Shown here: positions 32,748 through 44,908 of the stretch, piece after piece
Layout: each line of letters begins with the position of its first letter
How positions within the stretch are numbered: the first letter of the stretch is position 1
From: Tetramitus jugosus
Lineage: Eukaryota; Protista; Heterolobosea
Length of the DNA: 64,000 bases
Direction of reading: 5' to 3'
Assembly (NCBI GenBank): GCA_937625935.1
Contig: OW569356.1
Coordinates: forward strand, 124,001 to 188,000
Program-made: the position numbers and the translations under genes
The notes under the pieces: model-generated
Databases searched by the model: none
The model's input: only the letters and a program-made list of their open reading frames with translations
Told to the model about the DNA's origin: nothing

Positions 32748-34019
32748 ATGCGGCGTTTGTTTTTACTATTGCTGGTCACCTTGGTGTTGAGTATCAACAA
32801 CAGTCTTTGCCTCAACAATGGACTGGCGTTGAGACCACCCATGGGTTACAATCCCTGGAATAATTTCGGATGTGTCATCAATGAGACAATTGTGATGTCA
32901 ACCGTAGATAACATGGTAAAATTGGGACTCAAAGAACTCGGCTACAACTATTTTGTGATTGATGATTGCTGGCAATCGAAGCAGAGAGATCCAGTCACAA
33001 AGAGACTTGTTGCTGATCCACAACGATTCCCTAAGGGCATGCTTGCATTGTCCAGATATGTTCAGAGTCGAGGAATGCACTTGGGCATTTACAGTGATGC
33101 TGGAACAATGACCTGCGCTAAATACCCTGGCTCAAGTGGCCATTTTGAATTGGATGCTATCACCTTTGCAGAATGGGAGATTGATTTTGTAAAGTTCGAT
33201 TATTGTTATACGACAGAATATGAGGAGATGAATCCGTGGCTCTATTACGGTGACATGTCACGAGCTTTGAATGCTACAGGCAGACCAATGATTTTCTCGC
33301 TCTGTAATTGGGGTCACCAGTTCCCTTGGGTATGGGGCAAGGAGTTTGGCAACATGTGGAGAACCACAAGTGACATCCAGGGCGTATATGCTCGTGTGAT
33401 GGAGAACCTGGATAGAAACAAGATTTTGGCCAAGTACTCTGGACCTGATGGTTGGAACGACCCTGATATTTTGACTGTGGGAGCCACTAGAAAGGGAGCC
33501 TTGACACGCGAGGAATCCAAATCACACTATGCTCTGTGGGCCATCATGGCTGCGCCACTCTTTCTCAGCAATGATTTAACCAAGAAGCCAGAGCAGTGGA
33601 TTATGGACATTATTGCCAATGATGAAGTGATTGCAATCGATCAGGACAAACTGGGGATTCAAGGCATCATGATACAAGAAAACGTAATCAATGTGAATGT
33701 TTCAGATGGTGAATGTATTATACCTGTAGCTCACTCCTGCATCAGAACAGAGGTCTATGTGAAACCACTAGAAGACAAGGGATATGCCGTCGTTTTGTTC
33801 AACAGAGGCGGAATGCACCAGACTGATAATCACTTTAGCAACGAGATAATGTCCATCGATTGGGAGACTCATTTGAAAGTGTCTCGCGACCAAAAGTTCA
33901 AGGTGAGAGATGTCTGGGCCAAGAAAGATGTTGGTGTAATGAACTCAAAATTTGTTCGAACCCAGCCCATTCAGCCTCACGACAGTGCCATGTACAGACT
34001 GTATCCAATTAATAATTGA
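32748..34019 (+). CDS. Secreted/lysosomal alpha-galactosidase, glycoside hydrolase family 27
   Basis: Signal peptide MRRLFLLLLV..., then LNNGLALRPPMGYNPWN, IDDCW, LGIYSDAG..TC, DFVKFDYC, WRTTSDI, WNDPDIL. Confidence 0.95.
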   Translation: MRRLFLLLLVTLVLSINNSLCLNNGLALRPPMGYNPWNNFGCVINETIVMSTVDNMVKLGLKELGYNYFVIDDCWQSKQRDPVTKRLVADPQRFPKGMLALSRYVQSRGMHLGIYSDAGTMTCAKYPGSSGHFELDAITFAEWEIDFVKFDYCYTTEYEEMNPWLYYGDMSRALNATGRPMIFSLCNWGHQFPWVWGKEFGNMWRTTSDIQGVYARVMENLDRNKILAKYSGPDGWNDPDILTVGATRKGALTREESKSHYALWAIMAAPLFLSNDLTKKPEQWIMDIIANDEVIAIDQDKLGIQGIMIQENVINVNVSDGECIIPVAHSCIRTEVYVKPLEDKGYAVVLFNRGGMHQTDNHFSNEIMSIDWETHLKVSRDQKFKVRDVWAKKDVGVMNSKFVRTQPIQPHDSAMYRLYPINN

Positions 34020-34120
34020 TTGCAATACACAACAAGAACACAATCTTGTGAAATTCACAAAAACCAACCACACATTATGTGTTAGTTTCAATCCAAGTCA
34101 TCATAATCAACCACACACTA

Positions 34121-35314
34121 TTATTTCCACATTTTTCTGATAAACATCAATCCGCTAAAGACATGACCAACATATTGATAAATGGTTGCCGACGCATGGA
34201 ACTCATTCTTAATTGCCCAACGTCTCGCCGTATAAACCATAATGATCAGCGTCATCATCTTACAGAACATGCGAATCAGTTTGACTCGCAACGAATTCTG
34301 TCCTGCACCCATCGATTTCAACAACACGACACTCGAAAGAAAGTGCAACGGCATTGATATCACCCGACTATTCACTGCAAACAGCGACAGGATGAACAGC
34401 AGCGTATCCATTGCAAAATCCTCTCGAACGCGTATCCTCTCCCAATGCTCCATCATTTTTTGATGATTGGTCAGAGCAGAACCCAACTCTGTCAAGCTCT
34501 TGTAATACTTGTCATTGGTTTGCTTCAGTTCGACCTTGTGATCATCCAAATCAACCTTCAAGTTTGATAATTGATTGGTTTGATCTTGTACTGTGCCTTG
34601 TAGGTGAGAAACAGCTTGTTTCTCCAATTCTAGCTCTGATTCGATGGCAGTGCACTTGTTGCGCAGTTTTTGCACATTCATGTAATTGCCAAAGTTCGCA
34701 AACAAGTTCATGCAATTGAGTTGCATGTTGACATTGTTCACCTTTTGTTGTTCGACGTACACTGTGTTCATCACTTGAACAACATCATCCAAATTCCGTA
34801 CATTGACTGAATTCATTGGGTTTCGGACTATCGGACTATTATTTTTGGCGCCAATCAACGGAGAAATAGAATGCGTTTTGTATTGTCGAAAATAGCCATT
34901 GGGCAATGAACTCTTGGCGGGAGGAGGAGTGGAGACACTTGGATACACAATTGGTGATGATGACTGTTGTGGTGACTGTGGTGATGGAGAATGAAGAATT
35001 TTATCAACTTGATCATCATTTTCATTGGAGAGCAATGGTGTTGTTGTTGTTGTTGTTATTGACGGTGATGACGACGAGTGATGATTGATTGATGGTGGTG
35101 TCCATGCAATCATATCATCATCTTCATTCGTTGAATAATCTAATGATGATGATGATGGTGATAGTGATGACATGAGTGTTGTTGTTGATGGTGATGATGA
35201 CTGTTGTTGATGAAAGGACAAGAGCTTTCGGATGGGAGTGAAAACGACATTCGGTGGTGATTGACCGTTGTTGTTGTTGTTGTTGTTTTGTGATTCGTCA
35301 ACATCAATCTTCAT
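34121..35314 (-). CDS. Hypothetical protein: S/P-rich N-terminus, coiled coil, C-terminal hydrophobic helices
   Basis: 397-aa ORF with a heptad region (KCTAIESELELEK...) followed by 2-3 hydrophobic segments. Confidence 0.75.
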   Translation of the reverse strand: MKIDVDESQNNNNNNNGQSPPNVVFTPIRKLLSFHQQQSSSPSTTTLMSSLSPSSSSLDYSTNEDDDMIAWTPPSINHHSSSSPSITTTTTTPLLSNENDDQVDKILHSPSPQSPQQSSSPIVYPSVSTPPPAKSSLPNGYFRQYKTHSISPLIGAKNNSPIVRNPMNSVNVRNLDDVVQVMNTVYVEQQKVNNVNMQLNCMNLFANFGNYMNVQKLRNKCTAIESELELEKQAVSHLQGTVQDQTNQLSNLKVDLDDHKVELKQTNDKYYKSLTELGSALTNHQKMMEHWERIRVREDFAMDTLLFILSLFAVNSRVISMPLHFLSSVVLLKSMGAGQNSLRVKLIRMFCKMMTLIIMVYTARRWAIKNEFHASATIYQYVGHVFSGLMFIRKMWK

Positions 35315-35417
35315 CTAAAATGATACTATCGATATTTGTTTTGTTTTGTTTGTTGTGGTTGTTTTTGGGCGGCAAAAATTAGAAACCACAAAGAAATAAA
35401 GTCTGGAGTGGAGAGCT

Positions 35418-36137
35418 ATGATGACAATGATGAGGAGACAGGTTGTGGTTGTGACGTCAAGAAGTCAATGCATGTTTTCCAAGTTGGCACATGATGGAAC
35501 TTTGCGGAGTAAAGGATCATTACCGTCATGGTGCCGATATGAGCTTCCCAGATTGATGTTTGATCATCAAGTGCAGAAGCAGTGGTTCTCAAGCAGTGCT
35601 CTATCGAGGGGACAGATAGATGATGAATATTTGGACAAAGGATCCACTAGTGAAAAGGATAAAGTTGTGGATGAGATACAGTATGACTTTTCTGCTGATC
35701 GTGCGCAGTTGACTCAGATTAAGTTGTTGCAAGACAAGAAAACACTTCAATTGCAATTCAAGGTTCCCAATCGTGCAACAGAGCAGTTTTGCTGTACGTT
35801 ACCTGCAGAACTCTTGAGAGTAGAGAGTCCCAGTGCCGAAGTCACAGGTCACGGTAGCACTACAAAGCGATTAATATCAGGGAAGAAGTTTGTGACAATC
35901 ACTGGGATTGAACGAGTGGGTAATTATGCAGTACGTATAACCTTTAGTGACGAACACAGTACGGGCATTTATACATGGAATTACTTGTACGGTATGTGCA
36001 GACAAAAGTACTCACTTATGAAGCTGTACATTCATCGGCTAAAGGCAGGGAACAAGAGCAGGTATCCAATGAGTTATCTGAGGAAGATGAAAGAAGAAGC
36101 TGCAAAAGACAATGATCAACAAAAGATAAAACAGTAA
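35418..36137 (+). CDS. DUF971/GBBH-N-like domain protein, probably mitochondrial
   Basis: LPAELLRVESPSAEVTGHG...IERVGNYAVRITFSDEHSTGIYTWNYL is the DUF971 signature. R-rich presequence. Confidence 0.9.
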   Translation: MMTMMRRQVVVVTSRSQCMFSKLAHDGTLRSKGSLPSWCRYELPRLMFDHQVQKQWFSSSALSRGQIDDEYLDKGSTSEKDKVVDEIQYDFSADRAQLTQIKLLQDKKTLQLQFKVPNRATEQFCCTLPAELLRVESPSAEVTGHGSTTKRLISGKKFVTITGIERVGNYAVRITFSDEHSTGIYTWNYLYGMCRQKYSLMKLYIHRLKAGNKSRYPMSYLRKMKEEAAKDNDQQKIKQ

Positions 36138-36393
36138 CCACCCCTTGCGGGAATTTTTTCTTAAAAGTTTGTAAAATCGCTGTAGTGGTTACTTACTCCT
36201 GGTATGGCCCATATCCATTGAAATAGGTCACCTTCGTGAGTCTCTCCTTTTTATTATGGTTTTCTTGAACAACACTGTTTAACCCACTCAAATCAAGCTG
36301 CCAGTGGAAGAAAATTAGCTTGTTTGAATGATTGAAACTTCATCAATCCAAAAAAAAGAAAGCGCCCAAAGAACAAAAAGCCGCCAAAAAAAA

Positions 36394-37379
36394 ATGGTAT
36401 GTCCACCAACACTCGAAACAATGTTCATCATCAACTCCTAGAGGAAGAAGATCTAACACACTTGTACATTTTTCACACAGTTACCACTGACTCTCATTAG
36501 AGGTGCACAAGGCAACCAAATGGTATTGTTGTTTGATCTCCTTTTTTTTTGGTCGCTTTTTTGTCAAATTTTTTTTTCTCATCATTAAACTTCTTTTTTC
36601 CATTTTCAATTCAACCAACCAGTTGGTAGAGCTAAAAAATGGAGAAACATTTAATGGAACATTGGTGAATTGCGATAGTTGGATGAACATGAACTTGAAG
36701 GATGTCATTTGTACTTCACCTGTAACGTATCATCACATGTATTTAGACCTTTCATTCTCCCTATTTTATGCATTATTAAGTGTCGTCGTACTAACCCATA
36801 AAAAAAAACAACAATCAACAACTGTGTGCGTATCCATCAATGTGAACCGGAATGAAAATGCGCAACGCATATGGTGATAAAATATCGACATGAAAAAACG
36901 AATCTATCTATATATGTGTATATATGTGGAAATTGAATGCATTCAATCGATTGGGAATTGTGTGAACTATATATAAAAACGAAATGTAGGATGGAACACA
37001 ATTTTGGAAAATGGATGAGTGTTATGTGAGAGGATACACTGTAAAATATTTGCGTATTCCAGAGGAGGTGATTGATACGATATCGGAAGAAACGAAGAGT
37101 ATGTTTGTTGTTGTTGTTGTTGTTGTTGTCGCTGGTAGAGTGGTGGTGGTGATGTTGAAATGGGAAAAAGTTTGCTCTAACAAAAACTCAAAATATATTT
37201 TTGAAATGTTTTTCACCATAGAGACGAGAGGAACTGCAACGAGAGGACGTGGTCGAGGCACATCATCCTTCTCAGGTGGCAGAGGCGGTGGACAACAGAG
37301 AGAAGGTGGAAGCAGAGGAGGTGGCCGAGGTGGTGCCAAATCAGGTGGCCGAGGCAGAGGCACAGCTAGGCAGCAGTGA
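36394..37379 (+). CDS. LSM4: Sm-like protein LSm4 (5 exons: 36394-36396, 36481-36522, 36623-36721, 36990-37098, 37222-37379)
   Basis: Spliced product M|[14 protein letters not shown]|[33 protein letters not shown]|[24 protein letters not shown] with an RG/RGG-rich tail. All four introns are GT-AG. Confidence 0.93.
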
Positions 37380-37469
37380 ACTTAAGAACCAAAATCGATT
37401 AAAAAACCAAACAAATTGCAATTTTCTCCTTTACATTTTCTTAAGGGTGGCAACCAATAATATTGGGTC

Positions 37470-39848
37470 TTACCACCAATGCTCGGGTCTATCAGGGAGT
37501 TGATACTGACAGTTCTTGAATCGTATTATCCCCATGACACGAATCCATTCTCTGTCCCACAACTGTTGTGATATGAGGAATTGATATTGATCGTGTTCTT
37601 GGCTAGTGACAGTCACAATAACATTCTCTCCTTCTGTAATTAGGCTGACGGAATGAGAGTTGTTTGACTGTGGCGAACAGTAATCGAGTACGACGCTTGT
37701 ACCTCGATAAGGAATATCTTTCTTGATTTGGAGGGAAGTGTGTGCGTCCTCAAGAACAGCAAGCACTCCATATCGGTGAGAATAGAGAGCTGTTGACAAA
37801 TTCATGTGATGAGCAACTCTCAGCAAGGGTATCACTCGAAGATCGTCGACTCGGAACATGAGCTTGATAATAGGATGAGTCGACATCAAATGTTTCCATG
37901 AGTGCCCGGAGGGAATCTCATTGTATTTGGATTTCGATATGGTGGACAAAATAGACCCTCTGGTAACAGTTAGAGCTTGCTTCATCTTATTTCTGAATGT
38001 TTGTTCAGTATTATCGCTCGTACGATCACATGAAGATAGGTTAGGGTAGTAGCTGAGTTGTGTCTTCCAAATAAAATCAGATCTTCTCAGTATGCAATAA
38101 AAGCCTTGATTGACAAACTCCATTGTTAAAATATCTCGAATAGATAAGAAGGAACATATCTCAAACAGTAAATCAAGAGGCAATAAATCTAGATCTCCAA
38201 TTGATGATTGGCTATCCCCTCGAGGACTCATAATTGGTAATGTGGAGTGTCCAGCAACGGGATTCATCACAACCTCTTTAGACAACTTTGACTTCTGTGT
38301 TAACTTCATCTGCTTGGACTTTTGTACGGGGTGACTCTCATTGTTGACCACGAATTCATTACCACCCCTCCTATTCAACTCTGTATTGATCATATTGACT
38401 GTCTGTTGGACAGTATCTTGCAAATGCGAAAGATTTACATTCTGAAGAGTTGTGTTGTGTCTACACAGAATAGAGTACAATTGCTTCATTGACTGATCTG
38501 TTAATCTCTCATTTCCTCGAAGATCCAAGTGAGTGAGTGTTCGGTTGGACTTTAAACTCTCAAACAGAAAATAGAAACCCCAGTTATTGCTATCATAGAT
38601 AAATTGTTCGAACTGAGTAATATCGAGTTCTGTCAGAGCTTGTTGTGAGATTGAAAGAGATTTCAGACTCTGATTTTTGGAGAGCATCTCACTCAGTGCA
38701 ATCAAGCCTTCGTCATGTTTACTCCAAATTGATTCTTCTTTTGGTGCATTCCCCACAACATAATTGTTTGATGATAAATCAATCGATTCCAAAGTGTCAT
38801 TCTTCAACAATGCGCTACAAAGATTTCTAATACCAGCTAAACTAATTCCATTCTCTCTCAAGTTCAATATCTTTAGACTCTTGTTTGTTCGAAGTGCGGA
38901 TGTAATTCTATAGGCACCTATATCCCCAATTGCGTTCTCTGCCAAATTAAGCTCGGTCAACGTACATCTCTGATCTTCCAGCATGATCGGAAGAGCAACC
39001 AGGCCATCACTAAGTTCATATGTGAATGTAGAACGTGTGGCTTTGAGGTCATTCTGATACAACAGAAGAGTCGAAATGCATCCAAAGGATTCACTTGCAT
39101 TGCAAAATGTTGCTAGAGCTGTTGAATCAAGACCAGTTTTCGCCAAATTGAGCAACTGTATGCAATTCTCTTCTATCTTTCTGGGTGTATGCTTGGAACT
39201 CTCTTTGGGTTGTAGTGAATTGCGATAGTTCTGTTTTTGACGCCTCTTCTCGGCTTTATCTTCATAATTGTGAGAGTTCATTTCGACAATGAATCGTCCC
39301 AGCTGTTTCAAAGCTGTTTCATTGGCAATATGATTCCAGCCCAAATTGAGAGTCTTAATGTTGACAAGTGATACTTGAGCAACAGAAAGAATAACCTCCA
39401 ACAATTCCTGAATGTTTCCACCACCCAGCTCATTGCCAGAGAAGTTGAATTCAAATTGAGTCATCCTCTGCTTGGTTGATCTCGTATGCTGCAGCACCAA
39501 TGATACCAGGTCAACATATGCCTGAATTGTCTTGGCCAGAACAGGGAACACATCATCAGTCAAGTGATTGTTCTGTGCTTGAATCAGAATTTGGGTATTT
39601 CGATGGCTATTGCTTTCTGGCGAGCTGTTGTGTCTCAACAATTGTTTAATTGAGTGTCTATGGTGAGCGAGTTTGCTTGCTAGAGTGTCTGAGAATTCCC
39701 TGGAGGTGATCCCTCTGTGGTTGGCACGTACCATCAAGGCGCTTGCAGTGTTGGCGACATTCTTGTGATACTTGCCATCTTGATCGCTGCCTCTTTGATT
39801 GCTTTTGCACGGATGCGTCCTCACAGAAGAGCGTTTCGCCTTTGTCAT
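37470..39848 (-). CDS. RNI-like leucine-rich-repeat protein with an internal F-box-like motif (paralogue A)
   Basis: LRRs LTELNLAENAIGDIGA, LKILNLRENGI, LTHLDLRGN. F-box-like LDLLPLDLLFEICSFLSIRDILTMEFVNQGFY...DFIWK lies after the LRRs. Confidence 0.85.
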   Translation of the reverse strand: MTKAKRSSVRTHPCKSNQRGSDQDGKYHKNVANTASALMVRANHRGITSREFSDTLASKLAHHRHSIKQLLRHNSSPESNSHRNTQILIQAQNNHLTDDVFPVLAKTIQAYVDLVSLVLQHTRSTKQRMTQFEFNFSGNELGGGNIQELLEVILSVAQVSLVNIKTLNLGWNHIANETALKQLGRFIVEMNSHNYEDKAEKRRQKQNYRNSLQPKESSKHTPRKIEENCIQLLNLAKTGLDSTALATFCNASESFGCISTLLLYQNDLKATRSTFTYELSDGLVALPIMLEDQRCTLTELNLAENAIGDIGAYRITSALRTNKSLKILNLRENGISLAGIRNLCSALLKNDTLESIDLSSNNYVVGNAPKEESIWSKHDEGLIALSEMLSKNQSLKSLSISQQALTELDITQFEQFIYDSNNWGFYFLFESLKSNRTLTHLDLRGNERLTDQSMKQLYSILCRHNTTLQNVNLSHLQDTVQQTVNMINTELNRRGGNEFVVNNESHPVQKSKQMKLTQKSKLSKEVVMNPVAGHSTLPIMSPRGDSQSSIGDLDLLPLDLLFEICSFLSIRDILTMEFVNQGFYCILRRSDFIWKTQLSYYPNLSSCDRTSDNTEQTFRNKMKQALTVTRGSILSTISKSKYNEIPSGHSWKHLMSTHPIIKLMFRVDDLRVIPLLRVAHHMNLSTALYSHRYGVLAVLEDAHTSLQIKKDIPYRGTSVVLDYCSPQSNNSHSVSLITEGENVIVTVTSQEHDQYQFLISQQLWDREWIRVMGIIRFKNCQYQLPDRPEHWW

Positions 39849-41739
39849 TACAGGTGCTTTTGTTGTGTATACAACCCTGATTTTGTGGTGCGGAACTCAA
39901 GAGTCGAACAACATTTGGGCATCGCTAAAGGCAAGTTCAGCCACATAATGTTCTTGAGGTTCTCTATTCCACATGTTTTGTTCAATTTTGAAACTCTTCA
40001 GGTTCGTTCGAGCAGTATCACTCGCCGAACACCCTGTATCGGATACAGTTTTAACACAATAAAGATGGATACTATCAGAAAAACTTTATGTGTTTCGTAT
40101 TGGAGACATCCAAGATCCCACCTCAGACAAAATGAAGGAATCATACCTGCCTAGGATACTCTCAATTGAGGAGTCCTAGACCAAGCTAATATAAGGCGCT
40201 CGACAGTGTTCCTCACAACACCATTACGGAGACCTACATGTTCTTTGGATTCCGAGACATATCGTCAATCTCATTTCAGACATGCCCTCGGACAGTCGCA
40301 TCTGTTCTAGTTGGTAACGGATCGAATAATCACAAATGATAGGAGCACTTGACAAGGAGATGCTCTCTGATCCACCAATTGGTTTTATTGTTCGCTCAGA
40401 AGGGCAGTAGGCTACAGTGAAATGTCATAGAAGATATGAAATGTTGTTTATGTAGCCTAATATTTAGACATGTTCTGTGAAATCTCGCACACCAAAATTT
40501 TCTATATAATATAATATATATAGTTGATGAAGTGTTCAGAAAATACATCTCTCCACCAAGGTAACATAGACCTTCATGATCAGCTAATTAACTGATGAGT
40601 GATTTGGTACTTGGGCAATGGATAATGAGCCAACTGTCGATGATAAGTCTCTGAAGAACCATCCACCATTGTTTGTGTGATTTAATCTCACTTGATGTGC
40701 GGATTTGTTCATTAAATTCACATGTAGAGAGGGCGTGAAACAAGAAAAACACAATCTTCATAACGAAATTCTCTTTAGAGTTAATCGCTATTTCTTTGGA
40801 AGCATGTTATCGTGATATCTAACACCTTCATTTGCTTGACTCCAAACCTGATCTGTAAGTTTTGCTTTTCCTCCATGTCAACCAAGAGCCAAATCCTTGC
40901 GATATGTCTGAATTATTCTTCGCTTTAAATAGAACAGAACTGTTTTGAACGTCTACCAATTGAACAGAGTGTTTGGAAATCATTTTTGTACGTAACGGTC
41001 ACTGAAACGGAATCTGTCATGACAACTTTGATCATGGACAGTCTAACCCCTTATCCATAGGAACAATTACAGATTGAACTCTTATTGCTTGTTTCTCATC
41101 ATGTCAAAAAGGCCTTTGAAAGGATTGTCATTATACTTCGCACCATCAACTATACAAAAAGCTTGTGCCAACTCCATTACTTTCAAAATATATTCAGGTG
41201 TAATGGAAGGTTTTCTGAGCCTAGCACTTCCAGATGTTCTGTCCTCTGTATTGAGTACCGAATTGTGATCGCCGCCAAAAATTAGTTTTCCTCGACTGTC
41301 AGTATTTCATAGTGTTCCTCGTCTCTTATATTAGGACCAAAATGAATGATGAATGTTTACTTGCTCGTCCTTAATCTTTCACAAAGAGTACGATTGGTAT
41401 ATGAGTTTGATTGAATTAATGAGATGTCTTTCCGGTGCGAGATGCAGAGTGTGGGGTGAGAGAAAGCTCACGTATCATGTAGTTTGATCAAAAAAATGAG
41501 TTGTTTTGTTTTTTACTTTTTTTCGTTTGAATTCTCTCACCATGTCTTGGGAACTTCATCTTTATCCTCCCATGTTGCTTCAGTATCGTCATAACCAGAC
41601 CAAGAAATTTGACCCGGATTACGCGGACAATGTATCTCCACCTACATCTACACATCCTGGTACAAAGAATCAAGTACCGAAAAATACAATAACGGTCGAA
41701 ACACAAAACCTTCATTTATTGATCTTAACAAGGAATTTC

Positions 41740-42655
41740 TCGTGCAAAGGTAGATTCTCTATTGAATTTTCTTCAAGACTTTCTACCTTCTGGGAACAAA
41801 CTAGCCACGTAAAAACATCAATTGTTCAAAGTTTTCTCAAGCCATCTACCAATGAAGAAAGTTTTCTTCTGCAGAGAACATCGTTTGGTAAGTGGAACAT
41901 GTGAATCAAAAAACTGTAAAATGGAATCGTTTCTTGGTGCGATCCCATACAACAGTTTATCAACCGACTAAAAACTGATGAGGAGTTCTACAAACTGGCA
42001 CAACTAGTGAAGAGATCGAATCGTCATTCAAGAACTTCCGACTATGTTTACGATGTAAGAGTGTATCAATCGATCGCAGCGTTAATCACAAATGTTCATT
42101 GGGGATGTTCATTCCTTCTCAATTACGATGGTGCTCCGAAATGGGAGAGTAGTCAAAAATCAGCTATTCCAATCTATATTGCAATGAATTGACCTTTCGA
42201 GAACGATTCAAAGTTGAGAACAAGCTTACAAAGAACTAACCTTTATTTCTTATGGGAATAATCTCGATGAAACTGTGGATGAAGTCTGATTACAATAATG
42301 GTAGAGCTAGGGTTAATGTTGAGAACTGGTCGAAGTTCGACCAATTCTTGTGTTCCCAAAAGGTGTTTAAAGTTTTTCATAGGAATTTGCGTTCAATTGT
42401 CGATCATCACAAGTATTGGAAAGTCTCAGAGGGATGGTATTTTTGTTGTATAGGTTTCAACCGAACACCATATGGTACTTGTTGAGAGTCTGTACCAGCT
42501 ATTGAAAAGAGATCAAACTAGAGAAGAATTAGATTCTATTGAAAGACAATGGGTAATTTCCTTGAAGAAGTTTCAAGAGGTCTATGACGAAAAGTATGCA
42601 ACTTTAAACTTTCATTTGCTGAGTCATGTGGTTCAATGTGTTCGTATACACTGGT
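41740..42655 (+). pseudogene. Degenerate CMC-superfamily (EnSpm/CACTA/Mirage-like) transposase remnant
   Basis: Frameshifted fragments DPIQQFINRL, SFLLNYDGAPKWESSQKSAIPIYIAMN..ERFKVEN (DG catalytic block of Transposase_21-like proteins) and FQEVYDEKYATLNFHLLSHVVQCVRIH (NxHxLxH block). Contains stops and an internal deletion. Confidence 0.75.
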
Positions 42656-42813
42656 CTAGGACTAACTTCGAACGAGTTCGAAATTCGAATCGAATTTTAC
42701 TTCTCGAAATCGACTTTTGACTGACGAAATCCGATCCAAACAAATCGAAATTTTGATTGTTGTTTGACAAAATTCGAACCATATATCGAAAAGCATGAAG
42801 TTTGTTACATGAT

Positions 42814-43200
42814 TTATCGAATGAAATGACAGGGAGCATACTTACTGTGATGCTCTTCTCGAACTGCTACAATTGGCATCTCCCTTGTCTGGAGAGTCAT
42901 CGGTTGTTGAACGTGGCTCTGATCATCATCAGATAATGTCGTCGAGTGTTCAAGGAGGACGAGACCACCATCATTGACAATGACTGATGAATGACCATGT
43001 GCGTTGCAAGATCTCGGCAACAAATCATGTGTGGTACTCATAACTTCTTCGTGTTGTAGTTTAGTGTCCGGACATGATGTTGGAATGTCTTTCTGATTAC
43101 GAATTTCTTGACAAAAGCGTTGAAACCAGGGACTCTTGACTATACTGAATGGTTCGACCAGAGCTTGAGAAACCGAGATAGCAAAAGAGGGATCAACCCA
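42814..43200 (-). pseudogene. Possible hAT-like transposase remnant
   Basis: The frame upstream of ORF 42814-43041 reads ALVEPFSIVKSPWFQRFCQEI, resembling the hAT PFSxVExxxF motif. Single-motif evidence only. Confidence 0.4.
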
Positions 43201-43756
43201 TTTGTTCTTTTAGCAACAGTTTCCATTTGTGCTCCAACTCCTAAAGCAATTGGACAACGTTCAACGGGAGCTTATGCATTATGTGACTCATTTCCAGGAA
43301 GTATATGATGATCGGCTCTTGCTCACTCACAAATGTGTTGTAATGCGTGAGTGGCAATGATAATGAGTACTGGTCTTGGAGAATATTTGTAAGTAACGGA
43401 TAATACAACATAAAATACCTTGGATTCTGTCCAAAGTTTCATCAAAAAGATGGAAACTCCTTCACGAATGTTCGAAAGGTTGGATGCTCCTTTCATTTGA
43501 CTCCAATCTATCAATTCTGTTGCAATCTACCGACCAAAGCTGGTTTGCTCGTACCTTTTAGACCCAACCCACTTTGAAAATTGACACCGTACTGTTTCCG
43601 AAAGTAATTCAACTCTTCGTTGGCGCAAATGATGCTATTATCATGAAACTTTTGTGTTCAACATCTGCAACCGAATCAAGATGGAGAAATTGCATCGGCA
43701 AAATAAAGCATGGAGTTCATGGAGCAACAAGTAATCAATGTTCGTCTTGAAAGTCC

Positions 43757-44908
43757 TCAGCCAATTCCCTCTGCACACATGAAGGTGAGTGTCGTCACAC
43801 TAGATGCTTTTAATACAACTATGGCCTTTCGCTGTGCTACTTCTTGTTTCATCTCATTTTTCATCAGTGAATCCATCACCTGGTCGACAGCGTCGTTCTC
43901 TAAACCCATCATTCCCATGAGGTACTCTCTGCTCAACTTCCTCGGCATTGGCCACATGAATCCGTTTCTGAACAGAGCTTTATCAAACCATAGGGAGATG
44001 GCGGACTCTCGATGTAATGGAAGTTTGAGCAACTTGTTGTAGACTTCCATGACAAGCCTTCTTCGGGCGTCAATTGCTGACATCTGACAAGACAGTGGAG
44101 GATTGTATCAGGTTCAGTGCCGCATCTCGGGCATAGATTGGGGCCGTCATCATTGTACAAATAGCTACATACCACTTTGGTATGTAACGTACCACTAGGT
44201 ACTTGGGCGTGGAACCACTCCAGCTGACGATCAACAACAAATGGGTTCTTGAGAAAGTCGAACTGATTCTTATGTTCCATTGCAGCGACCTGCAACCACC
44301 ATTGCGAATTTGGACATATGAACGCCCTACGCTCCTGAAGGAACAACTCCTTCAGATCTTCTTTTCCTCTCGCGTACTTACCATTGAATCTGATGGTATG
44401 TATGAATCCCTTTGTTTGATGCAGCCCTATATTCATGCACTTGGGCATTGCCATCATCGCGAGGGATACTTCTTGGTAGGTTTGGGAGCGTCCAGATATT
44501 ATACTCACCTCTGACCCCCTCCCTGCCTGTTTTGAATAAATTTGAATAACACATTTTCCTGTAAATTCGAACGTTACATTAATTCTCCTACTAGGATTGG
44601 GATCAAGAGGCCCCCTTTGAATAATATATTGTATAAATTTCTCAGACCCCCTCCCTAGGCGGTGCGTAAGAAATAATATCTGGACGCTCCCTTTTAGGTC
44701 CAAAACCCTTGCCAACCTCGGTCTTTAGTGACTCGTAGCTCCTGGTTCTACCCTTCAGTAGTTGTCTTTGGTACAAGCCAGCCCTGCTGAGCAGTCTGAG
44801 AGACCTAGCTGACAAATAATTAGATAACTTGCACCCTTCACAGCGGCTATGGGAGTCATCAGTGATGATGATTCCCTTCTCGTGCAGCCGCATTGCGCAC
44901 CATTTCAT
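43757..44908 (-). mobile_element. Non-LTR retrotransposon (L1/Tx1-like) ORF2 3' remnant, frameshifted
   Basis: WFHAQVPSGTLHT...LCPRCGTEPDTILHCLVRC is a zf-RVT-type CCHC knuckle. Three overlapping ORFs are linked by frameshifts. No RT core seen. Confidence 0.7.

Noticed and set aside
40172-42663. 12-bp perfect inverted repeat AGTCCTAGACCA (40172-40183 / 42652-42663) as TIRs of the CMC element
   Set aside because: No TSD and no CACT-type terminus. The right copy abuts truncated transposase sequence. About one such match is expected by chance in 5.6 kb.
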